From: an uncultured Gammaproteobacteria bacterium
GTDB taxonomy: Bacteria; Patescibacteriota; Microgenomatia; 2-02-FULL-39-11
Length of the DNA: 64,000 nucleotides
Assembly (NCBI GenBank): GCA_964362665.1
Contig: CAYIFB010000005.1
Span: 2,556 to 66,555 of the forward strand
Direction of reading: 5' to 3'
Shown here in pieces: positions 58,901 to 64,000 of the stretch. Each line of letters opens with the position of its first letter. Position 1 is the first letter of the stretch. The notes beneath the pieces are model-generated. The model had not been told where the DNA came from. It did not search any database and worked only from the letters and a program-made list of their open reading frames with translations. Position numbers and translations under genes: made by a program.

Positions 58901-60291
58901 GCGTATTGAGTATTGATGACTACATTACTTGAGTTTTTCCAACTATTATCGCTAGTGGCTGCCAGACACCCGTCGTAAGCCGCCTCCATATTTGAGGTAG
59001 TGAGAGGATCATTGGCGTTCCAGTTGTAATCGATTACGTTGGTAGTAAAATCTACAGCGCTGTTATCAGTTATCATTACCATTGTCAGGTTGACCTGATT
59101 TATGACCGCGCTATCAGGAATAGAGCTGGTGGTAAATTCTAAAAAGGATCGAAGGACAGTATAGGTGACTGAAACTAATTTCTGTCCTACAGTTCCCGCT
59201 ACTTGAGTTGTCCCGACAGCATCTGCCGTATTTCTAGCACCGGTATATGTCAAACCACTTCCACTGACGGATCCATCTGCGGTGGTTCCGGCAAAGTCCG
59301 GATCGATCGTCACCGGATAGCTTGTCCCTAACTTTTTCAGCCAACTGACAGGAACAGAAGTATAGAGATACCAAGTATTCCCTTCTTTTATCAAGAATCT
59401 TCTTATGGATGCAGAATTATCTTTAGCGTCATGTCCTTCCGGGAAAGGAAAGATGGTGGTTTTACCGTTGTCTGTTAGGACAAGAGAATCTTTTGTTGTA
59501 AGCTCGTATTTAGCATTATTAGCATTTAGTGATTGGCCATTTAAAGTAAGATTGGAGGTCGTGGAAATCGTAGCCTTTAAAGTGAGGAGATCATCCAGAG
59601 ATGCATTATCAACAAGAGACGGATCTTCCAGGACTAAATCTTCACGAGCTCCAAGGTCATAGGCATTAATGATAAGTTTGACGCGATCACCATCCAAGGT
59701 AAGAAGATTATCAGTCTTATTTACTTTAGGATTATCAAGATTGTTTATCCTTATAAAAGCGTTGTTGATAGGATTATAAATTCCCAGTGTCGGAGCTCCA
59801 CTTTCCAGAAGAGAGTCACCGTTCTTTTGGGTTATTGCTCCATTCTTTGACAAATATAGTCCTACTCCATTTTTGGTCTGGTAGTCGTATCTGGGATCTG
59901 TACTTTTCTCCAGTGAATAATCAATCGGTTGCCAAATACCAGGTGCAACCTCGTAGTTCTGTTTAAAGCCGGTAAAAAGAGCAGTCACAGTACCGTCAGC
60001 ATTTTTAAAATGGGTGGAATAGGCATCTTTTGATACTACCTCTTTATCCCGAAGATCCATCTTGTCTGCCTGAGTATCAATCCAACGCACGCCTGTTTTG
60101 GGGCCGATGGAGTTATTGGCATAGACTTTTTGGGAGGATAATTTTGGCAGTACCAGGTAATAAGCACCAATTAAAAGTCCGCCAATACTGGAGACAAACA
60201 ACAAAGAACAGATAATCCTTCGATAAAACTCAGGACAGGCAGGTAACAGGGAAAATCTTGACTTGAAATTACGCCGGGCAGATTTTTTCAT
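55999..60291 (-). CDS. 1430-aa N-terminally anchored surface protein with four fibronectin type III-like repeats and the C-terminal Cys-containing module shared with 50353-51438
   Basis: N-terminal TM 'LLFVSSIGGLLIGAYYLVL'. Four repeats ending in 'TTYYY(R/C/K)V(R/K)A' with upstream 'W....GA..Y' (FN3 pattern). C-terminal 'RKVFYTTT...GADTFCQ...AWLSNTT...RLT...WTNT...TCQNWT...LALYCIQQ'. Confidence 0.7.
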   Translation of the reverse strand: MKKSARRNFKSRFSLLPACPEFYRRIICSLLFVSSIGGLLIGAYYLVLPKLSSQKVYANNSIGPKTGVRWIDTQADKMDLRDKEVVSKDAYSTHFKNADGTVTALFTGFKQNYEVAPGIWQPIDYSLEKSTDPRYDYQTKNGVGLYLSKNGAITQKNGDSLLESGAPTLGIYNPINNAFIRINNLDNPKVNKTDNLLTLDGDRVKLIINAYDLGAREDLVLEDPSLVDNASLDDLLTLKATISTTSNLTLNGQSLNANNAKYELTTKDSLVLTDNGKTTIFPFPEGHDAKDNSASIRRFLIKEGNTWYLYTSVPVSWLKKLGTSYPVTIDPDFAGTTADGSVSGSGLTYTGARNTADAVGTTQVAGTVGQKLVSVTYTVLRSFLEFTTSSIPDSAVINQVNLTMVMITDNSAVDFTTNVIDYNWNANDPLTTSNMEAAYDGCLAATSDNSWKNSSNVVINTQYASANLSTSWITKDTSYGGSTYYCLSSNKDTNNTAPAGREDINLATADNTNAAYKPFLTITYQPAQVAATAATNVIDTSFSANWNTQSGSGADGYTLDVATDSGFTSFVATGCGGGSCNAKAVGNVTTYSVTGLSANTTYYYRVRATDSVGGGTGVNSSTITVTTLATPVANSATSTLAIDTTSSSAGANVASLSWSHTVSGVNRLLVVGVSKRSYNSVTSVTYNGVALTKSGAVQAGSGDFSRSELWYLVNPPTGTNTIVVTPGGNDWMQTGAISFTGANQITPLGIFASNFGGSGVTSASVNVTSAPGEIVVDALTFWNTTTDATKGASQTLQWSTSSDNAWNGRGSTQSGANSVTMSWTIPSSGAQGWALTAVSIKPNTINENSFTGSWAAVTGATSYKLSVTTNSDCSTSPITSSNCGGGTCNLYNIGNVTQYSITNGLSANTTYYYCLKATFASGDSALSNKVTVLTAPTTPTNVSLQSFNIADSGFFFSYDSMTGASTYNVMVDDNSDFSSPLSSYNPGSVGTAFASVNTGVSAGTTYYYKVASVNSAGSVSSYTSPGTVTTYSSTPTLNAASNVTYKYFQINWSSNPGPTGYYVEVARDSTFNQYIPSFGETADNTPPGMFIPAPTMAVAVDYLLPGTTYYYRVRAQNSTGTSLPVNPAPSIITTPMPTGTAGICNTGTGNVNFTWSCTPATGIDFVSGGNLTIGSGTTFTMPSNYTFVWEPGQKIIINGSIVHATNSKIQQGYPVYPDADGDNYPDSLTPTIMITVPPGYKKPSQLATNGWFTRDCDPALATANRDCTPRKVFYTTTNHDGNFAGVGGADTFCQNQANAAGLYGTYRAWLSNTTTPAPARLTPGPYKYTLVDGTVVANSFAGFSSGSLVNPISKSAAGITTQKNIWTNTTSTGTINDNTLAGTCQNWTDGTSSNTGKIGTNDSATSTWTQLPAQSAYCNNATLALYCIQQ

Positions 60292-60309
60292 TTTTAATTT
60301 TCACGTTTT

Positions 60310-60870
60310 TTATCTGAATATAGGATTTAAGGTTGACTTGGCACCGCTTTCGGCGATTGCTTCTATATTCATTATATATTTAAAATAATTGCCATCATCC
60401 ACAATCCAGGCGCCTTCCCATTTGCCGTTGTTGGCTGTTCCTGAGACCAGTTTCAATTCATGCGGGGTAGATTTATTGTCTGTAACTGTTGTTAGTATGA
60501 CACTTTTGACAGGAGATTTGTAGTCGACCATAAGGCTGACTGTCTGGTTTCCCCCTTTTATGATATCCAGAGGATTGATGGTGAGTTTACTGATAGATGG
60601 ACCGGAGTTATTTCCACTTTGGACTTCAAAAACCTGTATTCCTGTAGGAAGTGGTCTTAAATTGCCGGGAATGACAGTAGGGAAAGGGGTGGGAGTGAGA
60701 GTTATTGTCGGAGCGGGAGATATAGTATTGGCTAATTTCTTGAAAAATGGTTTAAAGCTGGGGGAAAATAAACCAACCAACAAACCGATGATAATGACCG
60801 CGATAAATAAAACCGCGATTCGTAACGAAGAGTTACTACTACTTTTGCTTTTCTTAACCTGGGCAGTCAT
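60310..60870 (-). CDS. small N-terminally anchored protein, paralog of 51444-52004
   Basis: TM anchor 'IAVLFIAVIIIGLLVGLF'. 'PTITLTPTPFPTVIP' linker. C-terminal 'VTDNKSTPHELKLVSGTANNGKWEGAWIVDDGNYFKYIMNIEA'. Confidence 0.45.
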   Translation of the reverse strand: MTAQVKKSKSSSNSSLRIAVLFIAVIIIGLLVGLFSPSFKPFFKKLANTISPAPTITLTPTPFPTVIPGNLRPLPTGIQVFEVQSGNNSGPSISKLTINPLDIIKGGNQTVSLMVDYKSPVKSVILTTVTDNKSTPHELKLVSGTANNGKWEGAWIVDDGNYFKYIMNIEAIAESGAKSTLNPIFR

Positions 60871-60946
60871 AAAAAAGATAATATCTCTTAAATTTTAGTG
60901 TATAAAAATAGATAGAAGTTTGTCAAGCGCATTTAATTTATTATCC

Positions 60947-61015
60947 ACCCCCGGTACTATGCTTACTTTGTTTCGTGGTTTACATCCACGCAAACAAAGA
61001 GCGCAAGTACGGGGC
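60947..61015 (-). promoter_or_regulatory. roughly 69-nt near-perfect nested palindrome between the fibre-like gene stop and the small anchored gene start (terminator, attenuator or protein-binding site)
   Basis: ccccggtact...agtacgggg outer stem enclosing ctttgtttcgtgg / ccacgcaaacaaag inner stem. Sits in a 150-nt intergenic gap within an otherwise co-directional gene block. Confidence 0.4.
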
Positions 61016-61022
61016 AAGCAGT

Positions 61023-64000
61023 TTAATTGATAATCCACCAATTGAATTTCACATCATAAGGAATTGGCGAGTCCAGAGCGACAGTAAAGTATGAACCGGC
61101 CTTTTTATCTGCCACAAAGATGACTTTATTGGCAGTTGGTGAAGCGGGGGTCATATATATTAATGTATGTTCGGTGATTTGACTATTATAAATGATAAGC
61201 TGCTGTGAGCCTGCCGGTATGATATTCTGGCCTGTTGTCCCCTGGGAATCGGCGCTTGGGATATTGATTCCATGCAGGCTTAAGTTCTCTGCAGCTGACA
61301 AAAGACCGGAGACGGAAGATGGCGAAGCTTCTTTATAATTCAAATTCAGCTTATTGAGCGTAAGTTCACCAGATATTGTGGCATTACCCGATGCGTCAAA
61401 AGATGCTGCAGGTTCTGCGCTATTACCTTTAATAATCAGCTTGCCGAAGCTATCCGGATCGGTAGTGTTGCTATTTGAGAGATTTATCGCAAGGTCTTTG
61501 CCAAGCGGGCTGATCTGGTCTGTCACTATTCCTTCACGGGCGATGATCTGCCCAGCCACATCCAGATTGCCGAATTTATCTATAACCAGCCGTCCGCCGA
61601 GGAAGTCTATACTATTCAGTGAGCTAAGATAAAGAGTATTTCCTAAGGAGGCAACTTTATTATTTTCAATGACAATTCCGCCATCGACGATAAGTTGTCC
61701 TGAAATAGTTGTGTCTGCCAGAGAGCTTTGGCCATATACCGTCAGGTCTGAAAGGGTATGCACCTGGTTTTGAGAACTGGTGTCAGTTGGCTGGGTAAGG
61801 ACAATATTGTCAGTCAGAGCCACGTTGTTATCAGGATTGGGGATAGATGTCGGATTGATAAAGGCCGTACTCGTGGCGATAAATTGCTCGACACTTTGAT
61901 TGAGCTGTGAAGATGATGTCAAAAATCCTGTCAGCTGGTCAAGGAGCGTGGCCGAACTTGATGATGTGTCGGCAGATGAAGTGGAAGCATTGAGCGTTGA
62001 TAAATCAATTGTGGGCGTCGGACTTGGCGTGTCAGTCGGACTTGGTGCGATAGTCGGAGTTGGTGCTTCCGTGATACTGGCGGTAATATTTTGATTTTCC
62101 AGAGTGGCAACTCTTCCCAAAAGGTCACCGAAGGAAGACTGAAGATTGTTTATTTGATCAGACTCTATCGTGCCGTTTACTTTAAGTTTATTTACAGACA
62201 ATTCCCCTGAGATAGTGGCTTCACCGGCAGATAATTTACCGGTTTGTGTTTCTTGGGAAGTTATAATTCCGGCAACTGTAGCCTCATTAAATACCGCTTG
62301 ATCAGACTTCAGAGTTCCGGCGAAAGTAGCGTTACCTGAAGCGTCTATTTCCGCAACAGTCTGTCCGTCTTTACCTATAACAGAAATGTTACCAGCGGAA
62401 GTTGATGTATTTTGACTAAGGTCAAATTCAATCTTTCCTTGGTCGGACAAAGGCGCGATTGAGTCAGTCTTCAGCCTTGCTAAATTGGCGGTACCTGTTG
62501 CTGTAAGATCACCGACAGGGGAGAGGATTTGGTTATTACCAAGCTGGGTAAGGTTGCCGACCGTCAGATTTTCAACTTTCAAATTTTTGATGACGGCAGA
62601 ATTGGCAACTATCGTGTCAAAAATTCCCTGTGCTGCATCCACAATTCCGGCTTTAATATTGGCGATTATGGCATTTGAATACGAGGCAAAGTCATAAATG
62701 ACGTCGCCTGATTTAGTACGCAGTTCATAGATGTTATTTTCACTAGGTTGATTCAGGCTGGCACTTTCACTGGAAATAAGTATGTCATAGCCGGAAATTC
62801 CACCTAATGAGTCCTGAGGTAGGTTCCCGTTTTGATCCAAAGTTACTTGATTATCAGGGCTGTTCAGGACGTATCCTAAGCTGTCGGAATATCGGATATT
62901 TTGATAATTTTGTGCATCAAATCTGGGTGCAGTCAGGCGGTAGGCGATACTTGTCGGTCGCCCTGAATAGATTGACAGCTGATTTAGGTTTTTATCAATT
63001 TTATACCAAGTTCTGGTGTTATCAGATGGAGTCAAAAGCACGACCATTTTATCAAGATTATTCGCAATATCAGTGACTTTAGAGAACAGCCACAAATCAG
63101 AACCTTTCAGCGAATTGTTAAAGTCGATAATCTTACGGTATCCGATACCCGGCACCAATTCATCGGTATTAACAAAGCCCGTGGTTTCCTCTTTGACTCC
63201 TGTCATGGCGGGTAGGTAGGTGGCGTATTTTTCACCATTTATTGTATATGGAGGATCAATTAAACCCACATCAATCTTACCGGTACCGGTACCGACTACC
63301 AGAAAGTTATTGGTTGTGCCGTCGCCGACAATATTTACTTTGCCGTTGATGTCAAGCATATAACCATTGGAAGGATTAGTAGTACCTATACCTAAATAGC
63401 CTGTATTGATATATGATTCGTTGGATGAGTTAGCGTCTAGTAGTACTGCGACGGCATTTGACGAATTATAGATGTTCAGCGATGTATTGACAGAATTATT
63501 GCCAAGTCCGATATAGCCGGACGTATCAGCAGCTATGAAAAGCTGGTTATTGACGGACCCTCCCGAGGCTTTAATAGTTACAAGCGAGGTATTTGCCGTA
63601 TCACCGAAAGATATAATAGGTACTCCTTGAGCAAAGGAAAATCTGTGAGGTCCACTTCCTTCAGCTAAGAGTCCTTTGCCGGCTACAGTCGCTGCAGTAC
63701 CGGATGTTGCTGCATAATTGGACATGGCACTTGCTTCCTCAAGTTGTGCACCCCAGGCCCAGACCGTATATCCGCCGCTTAGTACATATCCAATATAAAA
63801 GTTTACACCGGTATCAGCTCCACCTACGGCTTGAGTTATTGAGAACCGTTGCCATCTATTGGTAACTGTTATTGATTGTAATCCTCCGTTAGCATTAGTT
63901 GAGTCTTGAATTGCCAAGCTAATTGTCGTGTCTGACGCAGCTTTCAACCAGACAGATCCGGTAAAAGTTTTAGAGCCAACAGATGCTCCATAAGAATAAG
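61023..64000 (-). CDS. large repetitive fibre-like surface protein (at least 974 aa, N-terminus beyond the window), Asn/Ser/Thr/Gly-rich with a short PT linker
   Basis: Repeated '(I/F)DASGNAT(F/I)(A/S)G.L' units. Gly/Asn-rich beta-rich segments. 'EAPTPTIAPSPTDTPSPTPT' linker. No signal peptide at the first in-window Met, so the ORF probably continues upstream. Confidence 0.55.
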   Translation of the reverse strand, partial: YSYGASVGSKTFTGSVWLKAASDTTISLAIQDSTNANGGLQSITVTNRWQRFSITQAVGGADTGVNFYIGYVLSGGYTVWAWGAQLEEASAMSNYAATSGTAATVAGKGLLAEGSGPHRFSFAQGVPIISFGDTANTSLVTIKASGGSVNNQLFIAADTSGYIGLGNNSVNTSLNIYNSSNAVAVLLDANSSNESYINTGYLGIGTTNPSNGYMLDINGKVNIVGDGTTNNFLVVGTGTGKIDVGLIDPPYTINGEKYATYLPAMTGVKEETTGFVNTDELVPGIGYRKIIDFNNSLKGSDLWLFSKVTDIANNLDKMVVLLTPSDNTRTWYKIDKNLNQLSIYSGRPTSIAYRLTAPRFDAQNYQNIRYSDSLGYVLNSPDNQVTLDQNGNLPQDSLGGISGYDILISSESASLNQPSENNIYELRTKSGDVIYDFASYSNAIIANIKAGIVDAAQGIFDTIVANSAVIKNLKVENLTVGNLTQLGNNQILSPVGDLTATGTANLARLKTDSIAPLSDQGKIEFDLSQNTSTSAGNISVIGKDGQTVAEIDASGNATFAGTLKSDQAVFNEATVAGIITSQETQTGKLSAGEATISGELSVNKLKVNGTIESDQINNLQSSFGDLLGRVATLENQNITASITEAPTPTIAPSPTDTPSPTPTIDLSTLNASTSSADTSSSSATLLDQLTGFLTSSSQLNQSVEQFIATSTAFINPTSIPNPDNNVALTDNIVLTQPTDTSSQNQVHTLSDLTVYGQSSLADTTISGQLIVDGGIVIENNKVASLGNTLYLSSLNSIDFLGGRLVIDKFGNLDVAGQIIAREGIVTDQISPLGKDLAINLSNSNTTDPDSFGKLIIKGNSAEPAASFDASGNATISGELTLNKLNLNYKEASPSSVSGLLSAAENLSLHGINIPSADSQGTTGQNIIPAGSQQLIIYNSQITEHTLIYMTPASPTANKVIFVADKKAGSYFTVALDSPIPYDVKFNWWIIN

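Noticed and set aside
1-64000. Searched intergenic regions for tRNA, rRNA and CRISPR arrays
   Set aside because: No cloverleaf-compatible segments, no rRNA-like stretches and no regularly spaced direct repeats with unique spacers were seen. The repeats present are dispersed and palindromic, not arrayed.

Overview
This 64-kb window looks like a gene-dense cell-envelope glycosylation and surface-protein island from an AT-moderate, probably uncultivated bacterium (CPR/Patescibacteria-like is a guess only). I found no rRNA, tRNA or CRISPR. All calls come from reading the ORF translations and the nucleotide sequence by eye; no searches were run.

Main content, in order along the window:
- 1-2.2 kb: a partial NCS1-type permease, an isochorismatase-family hydrolase and a zinc-ribbon protein.
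- 2.3-16.9 kb and scattered to 47 kb: at least 10 polytopic GT-C-fold membrane glycosyltransferase-like genes. Five of them (8108, 9830, 26114, 39824, 45273) are paralogs with a conserved acidic loop and a shared C-terminal motif.
- Four soluble DPM1-like GT2 genes (11617, 24254, 39139, 47145).
- Several nucleotide-sugar pathways:
  - a heptose module: GmhA plus a domain-swapped HldE-like nucleotidyltransferase-kinase fusion;
  - a putative branched or methylated deoxysugar module: two methyltransferases, an ALS-like ThDP enzyme, an SDR, a Zn-ADH, a 4,6-dehydratase, and an E1 alpha/beta ThDP pair;
  - a WbpB/WbpE/WbpD-like diacetamido-sugar module, and a second DegT aminotransferase with a GNAT.
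- 48.1-50.1 kb: an O-antigen-ligase (Wzy_C)/TPR membrane protein.
- 50.3-64 kb: a minus-strand block of giant secreted or anchored proteins. It holds an S8 subtilase with PD40 repeats and a roughly 210-aa Pro/Thr linker, a 1430-aa protein with four FN3 repeats, and a fibre-like protein of at least 974 aa. A roughly 330-aa cysteine-containing module occurs both free and fused, and each end of the block has a small paralogous anchored protein.

Overlaid on the genes are at least three families of short GC-rich palindromic MITE/RPE-like repeats. Several copies are inserted in-frame inside coding sequences or supply stop-proximal or start-proximal codons. Two DegT paralogs share a near-identical 160-nt block and carry palindromic in-frame insertions.

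The most interesting hypothesis is a polyprenol-phosphate-sugar-dependent protein and surface glycosylation system. Its parts would be the GT2 synthases, the GT-C transferases, a PglL/Wzy_C-like TPR enzyme and the Pro/Thr-rich surface proteins. It may be tied to episymbiont-style attachment.
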